Assembly: GCA_036381415.1 (NCBI GenBank)
Contig: DASVCV010000001.1
Location: 1,411-65,410 of the forward strand
Direction: 5' to 3'
Length of the DNA stretch: 64,000 nucleotides
Origin: Patescibacteria group bacterium
Lineage (GTDB): Bacteria > Patescibacteriota > Microgenomatia > UBA8517
Part shown: piece by piece, positions 18,616 through 28,283 of the stretch
How the letters are laid out: each line of letters opens with the position of its first letter
How positions within the stretch are numbered: the stretch's first letter is position 1
The notes under the pieces: model-generated
What the model was told of the DNA's origin: nothing
Database searches by the model: none
Seen by the model: the letters and a program-made list of their open reading frames with translations, nothing else
Program-made: the position numbers and the translations under genes

Positions 18616-19266
18616 TTAGCGCTTCTCCAGTAATACTACTTTTTGATCTTCTACCACTAAATCCCCTGCCTTAATAGATAATTTGGGAAGCTTTTCAACC
18701 TTAAGCCCAACTTCTGCCAAAAAGGCATCTGGACTTGCCAGTTTTGAAAAGGTTTCTGGATTTAATCCTGGGGTTTGGTAGTGCATGGGTATAACAATGG
18801 TTGGATTAATTTGCTTTACTATTTCAACAGCAGCTTTGGAGTCTATGGTAAATTCACCACCTACTGGAATCATTAAAACATCAACATCAGTTAATTCCTT
18901 AATTTTGTCTTCACTTAGTGAGTGCCCTAAATCTCCTAAGTGGGCTATTGTTAGCCCATCTAATTCAATTGAGTAAATTGTATTTTTCCCTCTTTCTTCA
19001 CCTTTTTTGTCATCATGAAAAGATGAAATCCCTACAATCGAAACTCCTCCTATTTCATACTCACCTGGTCCATCAACTACCCTTTTTACTCCATCCACTT
19101 GAGAATATGCATCATGGTCATCATGGTGGTGTGAAATGGTAACAACTTCAGCTTCAGTTTTAGGAAATTTCAGACCAACTTTTTTAGGATCAAAAGGGTC
19201 TGTAACTACACTCATATTTTTACCTTTAATTTTAAAAGATGAGTGACCGAGATAAATTATATCCAT
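18616..19266 (-). CDS. MBL-fold metallo-hydrolase
   Basis: LGHSSF, SHHHDDH, HLGDLG, IPMHY. Confidence 0.88.
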   Translation of the reverse strand: MDIIYLGHSSFKIKGKNMSVVTDPFDPKKVGLKFPKTEAEVVTISHHHDDHDAYSQVDGVKRVVDGPGEYEIGGVSIVGISSFHDDKKGEERGKNTIYSIELDGLTIAHLGDLGHSLSEDKIKELTDVDVLMIPVGGEFTIDSKAAVEIVKQINPTIVIPMHYQTPGLNPETFSKLASPDAFLAEVGLKVEKLPKLSIKAGDLVVEDQKVVLLEKR

Positions 19267-19389
19267 TATTGGCCCATCCTATCATGAAGCTAAGCTAGTG
19301 ACAAGATCTTTCTTTGTTAAAGTTTGCAAAAGTTGACAAGGGTTGATATCCTTCCTCTATCAGTAAAGCCTTTTAAGGCAGAAAACAGC

Positions 19390-20445
19390 ATGCGTAAAGA
19401 AGTTATATTAGCAATTGTAGCAGGAGGAATCTTAGGACTTGTCATTGCATTTGGAATTTGGAGAGCAAATGCTGCACTATCCCCTAAAGGCAAAGGAAAT
19501 GACCCTAAACCAACTCCAGTCGTATCTGTAGGTGATTTTAAAATTACAATTGCAAAGCCAGAGAATAACCAGGTCATTACAGAAACTCCAACAATTATTT
19601 CAGGAATAACTGCTGCTAATTCGTTTGTTGTTGTATCTAGCGAGGACGCTGACTATATAGCAACTTCTGATGGAAGCGGAGAGTTTGAAATAAAAACTGA
19701 ATTAAATGGCGGAGCAAACCAAATAAGAGTGGCTTCTTTTGATGAGAGTGGATCTAGTGCATTAGCAAAACTTCTTTTAGTTTATTCCAGTGAGTTTGCA
19801 AAGGAGTTAGAAAGTGCAACACCAAGTGCCACTCCAAGTGAAACTAATTCATCTGACTCTGCTGATTCAGTCAGGCAAAAGGTACAGGAGAAATTGAAAG
19901 TTGTAACATCCAATCCAACTTCTGCATTAGGAACAATCACAGACCTAACAGACAACACAATACAGATTAAAACCCAGACTGGAGAAATAGAACAAATATC
20001 ATTAGACAAAAATGATATTACATTTATTAAAACAACAAACAACTCAGTGCGCGAAGTCAAATTTAGCGATGTAGCAATTGGAGATTTTATAGTTGCAATG
20101 GGTTCAAAGAATGGAAATGGAATACTCCACGCAAAAAGAGTCTTAATTACAGATCCATTAAAAGAAACTAAAAGAGAAATAGTTTTTGGACAGGCTACAG
20201 ACTTAGCAAGGCTAAAATTAACACTTAAAAATCCTAAAGATGGAAAGAGTGTGAGTATGGAGCCTGACGATCAAATCAAAATTATTGACTTAGCAAATCC
20301 AGATAATCCCACCACCAGATTTAGCCAGATTGAAGAAGGAGATACTATTATTGGAATTGGAACAACCAGTGAGAACACATTTACTGCAAGAACTGTTATT
20401 GTTGCCAAAAATGGAGCTAAACCTACTCCTACTTCTAAATCTTAA
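19390..20445 (+). CDS. Membrane-anchored protein with Ig-like and DUF5666-like OB repeats
   Basis: ATG 19390; TM; Ig-like segment; repeated 'FS.(V/I)..GD.I...G' modules. Confidence 0.55.
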   Translation: MRKEVILAIVAGGILGLVIAFGIWRANAALSPKGKGNDPKPTPVVSVGDFKITIAKPENNQVITETPTIISGITAANSFVVVSSEDADYIATSDGSGEFEIKTELNGGANQIRVASFDESGSSALAKLLLVYSSEFAKELESATPSATPSETNSSDSADSVRQKVQEKLKVVTSNPTSALGTITDLTDNTIQIKTQTGEIEQISLDKNDITFIKTTNNSVREVKFSDVAIGDFIVAMGSKNGNGILHAKRVLITDPLKETKREIVFGQATDLARLKLTLKNPKDGKSVSMEPDDQIKIIDLANPDNPTTRFSQIEEGDTIIGIGTTSENTFTARTVIVAKNGAKPTPTSKS

Positions 20446-20489
20446 CTAATTTCTTCAAACTGGTTTTTTGACTTCAAAGAAGATATTAT

Positions 20490-21749
20490 ATGAGTAAGAT
20501 GAGCAAGCAAGATTTGCAAACACTTAAGGGTTTTAGAGACTTTTTGCCTTCTAAAATGGTTGTCCGTAATGAGGCCATAAGGAGGCTAAGGATTGTGTTT
20601 GAAAAATATGGATTTGAAGAACTTATAACCCCTGCTATTGAATCTCAAGGAGTGCTTCTTGGTAAATATGGAGAAGAAGCTGAAAAATTAATGTATCTTT
20701 TTGAGGACCAGGGAAAAAGAAAAGTCGGTTTGAGGTATGATCTTACTGTGCCACTTGCGCGTGTTGCTGCGACTTATCCAGATTTACCCAGACCTTTTAA
20801 GAGATATCAGATTCAGCCTGTTTGGCGAGCAGAAAACACTCAGAAAGGGCGCTATAGAGAATTTTATCAGTGTGATATTGATACAATCGGCTCAACATCT
20901 CCATTGGCTGATGCTGAAATATTAGCTGTTATTTATGAGTCCTTAGGGGCATTAGGATTTCCTTCTTTTGTAATTAAGATCAATTCAAGACAAGTGCTTT
21001 TTGAAAATCTCAAAAAGGCTGGAGTTAAGGAAAGTATGTGGCTTACTACCCTTTCTTCAATTGATAAGCTGGATAAAAAGACAAAAGAAGAAGTAGAAAA
21101 GGAATTAGAAAAGAAAGGACTTATGAAAGATGAAATTGAAAAAGTGTTTGCTAATTTTGAAAAGGCAGTTCCTGATGCATTTTTAGCAAGTGTCATGGAA
21201 TATGCAAATCAGATGGGAGTAAAGGATACAATTTTAAAGTTTGATCCTTATTTATCCCGCGGTCTTGACTACTACACAGGACCAATTTTTGAATCTGTTG
21301 TTACTGAGCCAAAGATTGGATCACTTACTGGCGGAGGAAGATATGACAAGCTTCTTAAAACTTTGGGTGGACCAGATCTTCCTGCAACGGGAACAACTAT
21401 TGGACTAGATAGAGTTTGTGATGTTGTAGAAGAATTAGATCTTTGGAAAGATATGAAAAAAACTACCACAAGTGTACTTGTAACAGTATTTTCCAAAGAA
21501 CTACTTTCAAAGTCACTTGAGATTGCAACAGTACTTAGGCAAAGCGGAGTAAATACTGAGGTATATCCTGAGGAAAATACGAAGCTAGAAAAACAACTTA
21601 AGTATGCTGATAAAAAGAATGTGAGCTGGGTTGTTATTATTGGCCCTAATGAAATAGAAGAGAATAAAGTTGTACTTAAGAATATGAGTGATAACACTCA
21701 AGAAATACTTGCCACTGATGAAGTCATTAAAAAACTTGAGAAACTTTAA
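20490..21749 (+). CDS. hisS: Histidine--tRNA ligase
   Basis: KGFRDF, LRYDLT, GRYREF.QCD.D, RGLDYYTG, GGGRYD. Confidence 0.97.
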   Translation: MSKMSKQDLQTLKGFRDFLPSKMVVRNEAIRRLRIVFEKYGFEELITPAIESQGVLLGKYGEEAEKLMYLFEDQGKRKVGLRYDLTVPLARVAATYPDLPRPFKRYQIQPVWRAENTQKGRYREFYQCDIDTIGSTSPLADAEILAVIYESLGALGFPSFVIKINSRQVLFENLKKAGVKESMWLTTLSSIDKLDKKTKEEVEKELEKKGLMKDEIEKVFANFEKAVPDAFLASVMEYANQMGVKDTILKFDPYLSRGLDYYTGPIFESVVTEPKIGSLTGGGRYDKLLKTLGGPDLPATGTTIGLDRVCDVVEELDLWKDMKKTTTSVLVTVFSKELLSKSLEIATVLRQSGVNTEVYPEENTKLEKQLKYADKKNVSWVVIIGPNEIEENKVVLKNMSDNTQEILATDEVIKKLEKL

Positions 21750-21758
21750 GCATTATAG

Positions 21759-22688
21759 ATGTCAAAACGCCGCCTTGCCGCCCTTTTTTTGTTTTTAGTA
21801 GTAACAATTATTTCAGCAGTTGCTGGAATTGTTATTAAATTTACTTTAAGTGGAATTTCTACTCTTCCCTTTTTAACTTACAGGTTTGCAATTTCATCAG
21901 TTGTTGCCATACCCTTTTTACTTTTTTACAAAAAGAGTTTTACTGGGCTAAGGCCTTTTAGCAAAAATGTTTCCACAATATTAGAGCTATTTATTTTTTC
22001 CTTTATCACTTCTACCCTTGCTCTTGGTCTTTTGTTTCTTGGTCTTGAAAAAACAACAGTCCTGGATATGACTCTTATTACCTCTATTGGTCCACTTGTA
22101 ATTGGAGCTGCTGGAGCAATGTATTTAAGAGAGCATATTACAAGCAGAGAAAAAGTTGGAATGGTCATAGCATTTTTGGGGACAGTTCTAGTTTTAGTTG
22201 AACCAATAATCAGGCTTCATGATGGAAAACATCAGGTTTTAGGAAATGTAATCCTAATCTTATATGTATTTTCAACGGCAGTTTCTGCGGTATTAGGCAA
22301 ACGCCTTCTTCAAAAAAGAGTAAGTCCAATAACTATGACAAACTCTATTTTCATAGTTGGGTTTTTGACAATTATTCCTGTAGCTTTATATACATATGGA
22401 TTGCCAAACCTTGTACAGACAGTTACTACTCTTTCCATGCCCTACCAACTGGGAGTTTTATTTATGGCACTAGTTTCAGGAAACTTAGCATACACTCTTG
22501 GAAATAAAGCACAAAAATCAATTGAGATTAGCGAAGCTTCGCTTTTTACATACTTAATACCAATTTTTACAGCTCCCCTGGCCATAGTGTTTTTGGGAGA
22601 AAAATTAACCCCAGTACTTATAGTTAGCTCTGTAATTGTACTGGCTGGGGTTGTAATTGCGGAATACAAGAAAAAAAGGTATAATTAG
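21759..22688 (+). CDS. DMT/EamA family transporter
   Basis: 10 TM helices in two repeats; YRF, LREHIT, FLGEKL. Confidence 0.88.
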   Translation: MSKRRLAALFLFLVVTIISAVAGIVIKFTLSGISTLPFLTYRFAISSVVAIPFLLFYKKSFTGLRPFSKNVSTILELFIFSFITSTLALGLLFLGLEKTTVLDMTLITSIGPLVIGAAGAMYLREHITSREKVGMVIAFLGTVLVLVEPIIRLHDGKHQVLGNVILILYVFSTAVSAVLGKRLLQKRVSPITMTNSIFIVGFLTIIPVALYTYGLPNLVQTVTTLSMPYQLGVLFMALVSGNLAYTLGNKAQKSIEISEASLFTYLIPIFTAPLAIVFLGEKLTPVLIVSSVIVLAGVVIAEYKKKRYN

Positions 22689-22692
22689 CCTC

Positions 22693-23010
22693 ATGCAAAC
22701 AAAGATTCACCCAAAATGGTATCCAGAAGCAAAGGTAACTTGTGCCTGTGGAAACACCTTTACAATTGGTGCAACAATGCCTGCGATCTCAGTTGAAATA
22801 TGCTCAAATTGTCATCCTTTCTACACTGGACAGATGAAATATTTAGGAGTTGCTGGACGTGTGGATGCCTTTAGAGCCAAGCAAAAAGGAGCTTCCAAGA
22901 AAGTACTTTCAAAGAGTGCAAGGCGTGAAGAGAAAAGAAAGAAAAGATTAGAGGCAGATTTGGAAAGACCAGAATCACTTGCTCAACTTCGCAAAAAGAC
23001 AAGCCACTAA
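22693..23010 (+). CDS. rpmE: 50S ribosomal protein L31 (Zn-binding type) with basic C-terminal extension
   Basis: IHP.W...VTCACG...ICSNCHPFYTG...GRVD.F; ATG 22693 lies 7 nt after TATAAT. Confidence 0.95.
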   Translation: MQTKIHPKWYPEAKVTCACGNTFTIGATMPAISVEICSNCHPFYTGQMKYLGVAGRVDAFRAKQKGASKKVLSKSARREEKRKKRLEADLERPESLAQLRKKTSH

Positions 23011-23727
23011 ATGGATAAGCAAAGCTTGGCCAGCCCGGCTGGTAATCAAATAGCCTACCTTGAAATCCGCGGTGCTACAGGCGGAGATGAAGCCAAATTA
23101 TGGGGAAGAGACTTGCTTAGGATGTACCTTCGTTTTGCTGTTAAAAAAGGTTGGAAAACAGAGTTGGTTGCTGAAAATACTATCAGATTTAGCGGATTGG
23201 GTGTTTTTGATGCTTTACAAAATGAATCAGGAGTTCATAGAGTACAAAGAGTTCCTACTACTGAAAAAAGAGGAAGAATTCATACTTCTACTGCTACTGT
23301 AGTAGTGTTACCTGAAATTAAGGAAAGTGATGTTACTATTAGGCCTGAGGATTTAGAGTGGCAGTTTTTTAGAGCTGGTTCACAAGGGGGTCAAAATGTT
23401 AATAAAGTTTCAACTGCTGTAAGACTTACTCATAGACCAAGTGGTCTTGTTGTTACTGCTCAAACTGAGAGGTTTCAGGAACAAAATAGAAAGATAGCCC
23501 TAGACTTACTTAGATCCCGACTTTGGGAAAAAGCAGAAGCTGAAAAAGAAAAAACAGTTGCAGGATACAGAACTGCAGTGGGGCGCGGAATGAGATCTGA
23601 GAAAATTAGAACATATAATTTTCCTCAGAACAGAGTTACAGATCACAGAATTGGAAAGTCTTGGGGAAACCTGGATGCAGTTGTTGATGGAGACCTATCA
23701 AGAATTGTTGATTTTAAAAAAGAGTAA
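23011..23727 (+). CDS. prfA: Peptide chain release factor 1-like protein lacking N-terminal domain 1
   Basis: EIR...GGDEA, ESGVHRVQRVPTTE (PxT), GGQ, RSEKIRTYNFPQNRVTDHR; only 238 aa. Confidence 0.85.
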   Translation: MDKQSLASPAGNQIAYLEIRGATGGDEAKLWGRDLLRMYLRFAVKKGWKTELVAENTIRFSGLGVFDALQNESGVHRVQRVPTTEKRGRIHTSTATVVVLPEIKESDVTIRPEDLEWQFFRAGSQGGQNVNKVSTAVRLTHRPSGLVVTAQTERFQEQNRKIALDLLRSRLWEKAEAEKEKTVAGYRTAVGRGMRSEKIRTYNFPQNRVTDHRIGKSWGNLDAVVDGDLSRIVDFKKE

Positions 23728-24142
23728 TATACCCTTTTGAGTCAACTCTCAAAACAATGTTGGCAGAATCTAGAACAAGCGTTTCTTTTTCTACTTCAAA
23801 ACCAGTTATACCCTTAATAGAACCTGCTAAGCTTTTTTCTAAGTATGGGTCTTTCTTAAAAAAGGAAGTGTTAAATCCTAAATTAACATAGTCATCAAAG
23901 CCATCACTTTCAATAGTCAGCGTTGTAGTTCCTTCAGGAGTTTTCCAGGTAATTTTAAAGCCTTGATTGGATGTTTCTTCGATAGTTGCATCTTTGACAA
24001 TTCTAGCCAAGTCTCTATCATTTTCAAATACTGGAATGTTATCAAAATTTTGACTTAACAGGAGGTCGAAAGCTTCCATTCCCTTACTTATATCTTCATC
24101 AGTTAATATTTCATGTATTTCTTCTTTAATTTCTTTTGCCAC
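23714..24142 (-). CDS. Hypothetical protein
   Basis: 142-aa ORF; TAAAAT 7 nt before GTG. Confidence 0.55.
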   Translation of the reverse strand: MAKEIKEEIHEILTDEDISKGMEAFDLLLSQNFDNIPVFENDRDLARIVKDATIEETSNQGFKITWKTPEGTTTLTIESDGFDDYVNLGFNTSFFKKDPYLEKSLAGSIKGITGFEVEKETLVLDSANIVLRVDSKGYITLF

Positions 24143-24314
24143 TTAGGATATTTTACATAGACTCCTAAAATTGTCAATTATTTATGCTTTCAAAAATATT
24201 TCATTCCTATGATAAAATAGCTGTTTATGGAAAGGAAACAGGATCAAAATCTATACAATGTTCTCTTTTGTATTGTAATATGCAGTAAAGGTTTGAAACC
24301 TCTTTTTAGAGAAA

Positions 24315-25478
24315 TTATTGAGCAGCTTCAGACAAAGAAGCAGTGATGTTTATAGTATCCCCATTTCTCCAGATTTGAAGATTTACTTTATCTCCTGGAG
24401 ATTTTTGGGTAACAATGGAAGCTAGTCCTCCGTTTGTATCTTTAATATCATTGTTATCTATCTTTGTAATAATGTCTTGAATTTGAACCCCAGCTTTATC
24501 TGCAGGAGAGGCTGGGACAATATTTGTTACATATGCTCCTTGAGGAACGTTGTTCATGATTGCAGTTTGTTGAGGAATCATTTGATATTCAACTCCAAGA
24601 AATGCCTTGGAAGGAAACTTACCTGTAGTTTCAAATTGCTTTAAAGCATCTTTAACAGTATTTATGGGGATTGCAAATCCAATATTTTGAGCTCCTTGGG
24701 CAACTGCTACATTAATGCCAATAACTTGGCCGGCTGAATTTAATAGAGGTCCCCCAGAGTTTCCTGGATTAATTGCTGCATCTGTTTGAATGACATTATC
24801 AAGACGTTCTACATAGCCTTCAAGCGGACTTCCTGCACTAATTCCTCGACCTAAACCTGAAACAACACCTGTAGTTACTGTATGCCTAAATTCACCTAAT
24901 GCAGTTCCAATAGCAATTGCTAACTGCCCTACTTTTAGATTTGAAGAATCACCAATTTCAATCGGAGTAAGAGGTGCTCCAACTGCAGGAGTTATTTTGA
25001 GAATTGCTATGTCGTTTGATGGATCTCTACTTATTTTATCTACTTTATATTCCTTCCCATCTTTAGTTATAACCTGATAAGTGCCAGTTGTATCTGCTAC
25101 AACGTGTTTATTGGTTACAATGAGTCCATCTTTTGAAACTACAAATCCACTTCCTATATCTTCCGGAGTTCCTCCCTGGGTCTGAGATTCAAATCCTCCA
25201 AAAGGACTAAATGAAAGGACTTTTCTTTGTGGCTGCTGAATTGAAACTGTGACAACTGATGGAGAAACTTTTTGTGTAACATCAATTACTACTGATTCTT
25301 CTGAAAGTATCTTTTGCTCTCGGCCAAGATTTGTTATTCTTCCACTAGCTCCAAACAATACATCAAGAGGTTTTATGGAAAAGAGTCTGTCTGCAATTGC
25401 ACCACCAGTTAAAGCTGCTATAAGGATAATTAAACCAGCTACTATAATTAAGATCTTTTTAATGTTAGGCCTTGTCAT
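24315..25478 (-). CDS. htrA: HtrA/DegP serine protease with one PDZ domain
   Basis: GSGF, TNKHV, DIA, QTDAAINPGNSGGPL, PDZ. Confidence 0.95.
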   Translation of the reverse strand: MTRPNIKKILIIVAGLIILIAALTGGAIADRLFSIKPLDVLFGASGRITNLGREQKILSEESVVIDVTQKVSPSVVTVSIQQPQRKVLSFSPFGGFESQTQGGTPEDIGSGFVVSKDGLIVTNKHVVADTTGTYQVITKDGKEYKVDKISRDPSNDIAILKITPAVGAPLTPIEIGDSSNLKVGQLAIAIGTALGEFRHTVTTGVVSGLGRGISAGSPLEGYVERLDNVIQTDAAINPGNSGGPLLNSAGQVIGINVAVAQGAQNIGFAIPINTVKDALKQFETTGKFPSKAFLGVEYQMIPQQTAIMNNVPQGAYVTNIVPASPADKAGVQIQDIITKIDNNDIKDTNGGLASIVTQKSPGDKVNLQIWRNGDTINITASLSEAAQ

Positions 25479-25501
25479 TAAAAATAATATATTTAATTTG
25501 T

Positions 25502-25518
25502 CTGAGAAAATGCTGAAA
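25502..25518 (-). promoter_or_regulatory. OmpR-family response regulator box upstream of htrA
   Basis: Minus strand TTTCAG-CATTT-TCTCAG, 10-12 nt above the -10; the same motif recurs at 38459 and 40217. Confidence 0.7.
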
Positions 25519-25526
25519 GCAATTGT

Positions 25527-26774
25527 TTAGAACTGAGATTTTAAGACTTCAATTGCTTTTTGTAGTTGAACGTCATCTTTTGAGTTTGGATCTTCTTTAA
25601 CTTCAATATCAGGATCCAATCCTTTTTCATTTACCCAAGTCCCATTTGGAGTGAGCCATTTTGCAATTGTTATGTGGAGTCCTGATCCACCAGGTAAATC
25701 TTGAGGTTCTTGTATTGTTCCTTTTCCAAAGGTCTTTTCTCCAATTAGGGAAATTTTTCTGTCATCTCTTAAAGCACCTGCAAGTATTTCAGAGGCTGAG
25801 GCAGATCCTCCATTTACCAAAACTACAACTTTTGCATTTAAGAATGCACCAGTATCTTTAGTTGTGTTATATGGAGTTTTGTCGTTTCCGCCTTTGTCTT
25901 CAATGACTGCAACAGAACCGCGTGGTAAAAATTCACCTGCTAAATCAACTGCAGCTTGGAGATATCCACCTGGGTTATTTCTTAAATCAAGTATTATTCC
26001 TTTTACATTTTTAGAATTTATCTGGCTGACAGCTTTTTGCCATTCTGTTGTTGTTTCTCCACCAAACTTAAAAAGTTTTATTTGGGCAATTGATTCGTTG
26101 TCTCCTACATAGCTTACTGATACTGAAGGAACATTGATTTTTTCTCTGACCAAATCTACTGTGAATGGTTTGTCTGTACCAGTTCTTAAAATGGCTAGAG
26201 TAATTTTAGTTCCTGCTTCACCTCTAATTGCCTCAACTGCTTCAGGAAGAGTCATGTCAGTAGTAGACTTGTTTATTTTTTTATTATCATCTTTAATAGC
26301 TACAATTAAATCTCCTCCTTTAAGTCCCGCTTTTTCAGCTGGAGTTCCAGGAAGCGGAGACATTACTGCAAGATTTGTTCCTTTGTAGCCAATTTGAATT
26401 CCGACTCCTGAAAAGTTCCCTTGAAGATCTTCCTGGGAAATTTTATTGTCAGAAGGAGGAAGAAAAAGAGTGTATGGGTCCCCTACTGCACTAACCATTC
26501 CTTTAATAGCACCATAGACTAAATTAGCTGGTTGGACTTTTGATTTGTCATAGTAGGAGGAATTGATGGTATCCCAAACTTGCCAGAATAATGAAAAGTC
26601 GAGGTTTCTAACAGGGACTGTTCTTGAAACTGTAACTTTAGGAGTAGAAGATCCAGTTAATGGTTCAATTCTTAAACCTGAATATCCAATTTTATAGCCT
26701 AAAGCAAATGTAACTAAAAAAAGAAAAAGAGAAATAACAATTTTTCTTGCGGTAGGCAAAGAGATTTTAACCAT
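25527..26774 (-). CDS. ctpA: S41 carboxy-terminal processing protease
   Basis: DPYT, PDZ, DLRNNPGG, SASASEI, TFGKG. Confidence 0.95.
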   Translation of the reverse strand: MVKISLPTARKIVISLFLFLVTFALGYKIGYSGLRIEPLTGSSTPKVTVSRTVPVRNLDFSLFWQVWDTINSSYYDKSKVQPANLVYGAIKGMVSAVGDPYTLFLPPSDNKISQEDLQGNFSGVGIQIGYKGTNLAVMSPLPGTPAEKAGLKGGDLIVAIKDDNKKINKSTTDMTLPEAVEAIRGEAGTKITLAILRTGTDKPFTVDLVREKINVPSVSVSYVGDNESIAQIKLFKFGGETTTEWQKAVSQINSKNVKGIILDLRNNPGGYLQAAVDLAGEFLPRGSVAVIEDKGGNDKTPYNTTKDTGAFLNAKVVVLVNGGSASASEILAGALRDDRKISLIGEKTFGKGTIQEPQDLPGGSGLHITIAKWLTPNGTWVNEKGLDPDIEVKEDPNSKDDVQLQKAIEVLKSQF

Positions 26775-26842
26775 CTATATATTCTAGCTTATTTATACTA
26801 AACGGCAAGATTATCTTTAGACTTAAGTTATTAAGTTAAACT

Positions 26843-27088
26843 TTAAAGGTTTCCTTTAAAAGGAAGAAGTCCTAAATGCCTTGCTCTTTTAACTGCTTGA
26901 GATGTACGTCTTTGGTGCTTGGCACAAAGACCTGAGCGGGATCTTCCTAGAAGTCTTGCTCTGTCTGTAACAAATTTAGCTATTTCATCAGTTGCTAAAT
27001 AATCTGGAGTTTTACCTGTTTCACAGAAATAGCAGACATTTGAAATTGGTCTTCTGTTTACTTTTCTTCTTGTTTGTTTTTTAGGCAT
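26843..27088 (-). CDS. rpsR: 30S ribosomal protein S18
   Basis: CYFC...DY...CAKHQR...AVKRARHLGLLPF. Confidence 0.95.
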   Translation of the reverse strand: MPKKQTRRKVNRRPISNVCYFCETGKTPDYLATDEIAKFVTDRARLLGRSRSGLCAKHQRRTSQAVKRARHLGLLPFKGNL

Positions 27089-27117
27089 ATATTTATTACT
27101 TAATTAATTTAAATTTC

Positions 27118-27618
27118 TTAAAAAGGTATATCTTCATCTGAGATATCATCTACTGTTTGCTTTTTGCTTTCTTCTTTTTTGGCTGGTTTTTCAGCTTTTG
27201 CTTTGTGTGGCTGTGGAACTTGTGATTCCTCTCCTACATTAGAAGCTACCCCAAGGTCTTCTGGAACACCTAAGTCATCTGATCTTCTGCCATCTAATAC
27301 AAGCATATCTGAAATTACTATTTCAGTTGTTGTTCTTTGGGCTCCATCTTGTCCTTGCCAATTTCTTGTTTGAAGACGTCCTTCAACATATGTTCTACTT
27401 CCCTTTTTAAGCATTTTGCTGCAGATTTCAGCTAATTTATCCCAGGCAACTATTCTATGGAATTCTGCTTCATCTTTCTGATCTCCGCTTTCTGTCTTCC
27501 ATTGTCTATTTGTTGCAATTGAGAATGTACAAACTGCAGTTCCTGAAGGAGTGTAGCGTAATTCTGGATCACGGGTTAAATTCCCAATAATTAAAACTTT
27601 ATTTAGACTTCTTGCCAT
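27118..27618 (-). CDS. ssb: Single-stranded DNA-binding protein
   Basis: NKVLIIGNLTRDPELRYT; C-terminal DEDIPF. Confidence 0.98.
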   Translation of the reverse strand: MARSLNKVLIIGNLTRDPELRYTPSGTAVCTFSIATNRQWKTESGDQKDEAEFHRIVAWDKLAEICSKMLKKGSRTYVEGRLQTRNWQGQDGAQRTTTEIVISDMLVLDGRRSDDLGVPEDLGVASNVGEESQVPQPHKAKAEKPAKKEESKKQTVDDISDEDIPF

Positions 27619-27928
27619 TTGTTTTGCCTTTCTTAACTTTAGGTTCTTCGGTTCTTACCAATAAGTACCTTAAAAGATTATCATCAAGATTGAGTTTTGA
27701 CAATAAACCTTTTGTGCCTATTCCTTCTAAACTTAGCTTCAAATTAAGAAAATAACCAGTATTTGCCTTCTTAATAGTATAGGCTAGCTCTTTCTCTCCT
27801 AATTCTTCTATTTTGTCTACTTTTCCTTTAAAACTTGCAACAAGCTTTTCAAGGCTTTCGGTAACAGATTTTCTCTTGGCAGGAGTTAATTTCCCGTCAA
27901 CTACTACTGTTAATGTGTAATTATTCAT
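27599..27928 (-). CDS. rpsF: 30S ribosomal protein S6
   Basis: G.KELAY.IKK...GYF and LLRYLLVR; rpsF-ssb-rpsR synteny. Confidence 0.9.
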   Translation of the reverse strand: MNNYTLTVVVDGKLTPAKRKSVTESLEKLVASFKGKVDKIEELGEKELAYTIKKANTGYFLNLKLSLEGIGTKGLLSKLNLDDNLLRYLLVRTEEPKVKKGKTNGKKSK

Positions 27929-28001
27929 TGTAGGGACAAGTATATCATGCTAGCCTCATTTTGATCAATACACAGGGTTTTGGAAATGGTATTATAAAAA
28001 G

Positions 28002-28283
28002 ATGGCATTTTTAGGCAAAGAAGGTACGCTTGCTTGTTCAGAAAACTGCTTTTTAAGAAAAAGCTTTGGAGAAGAAAGATGCAAGGCAGGCTTTTCCATA
28101 GGGGCAAAAGATTGCAGATTCAACGGCCGGATGCTTAGAGACGCCATTAAGGACAACTATGAGGCAGATGTAAAAATAGAAATAGGTCCTTTAGGGGTAG
28201 TTTTTGTATCTAGGGGTGGTGTGACAGCAGTAATGAATGATGGTACTTTTACTATAATTGACAGCTCTAACTTCCAATCTTAA
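28002..28283 (+). CDS. Hypothetical Cys-containing protein
   Basis: 93-aa ORF with 4 Cys; TGGTATTAT 6 nt before ATG. Confidence 0.45.
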   Translation: MAFLGKEGTLACSENCFLRKSFGEERCKAGFSIGAKDCRFNGRMLRDAIKDNYEADVKIEIGPLGVVFVSRGGVTAVMNDGTFTIIDSSNFQS

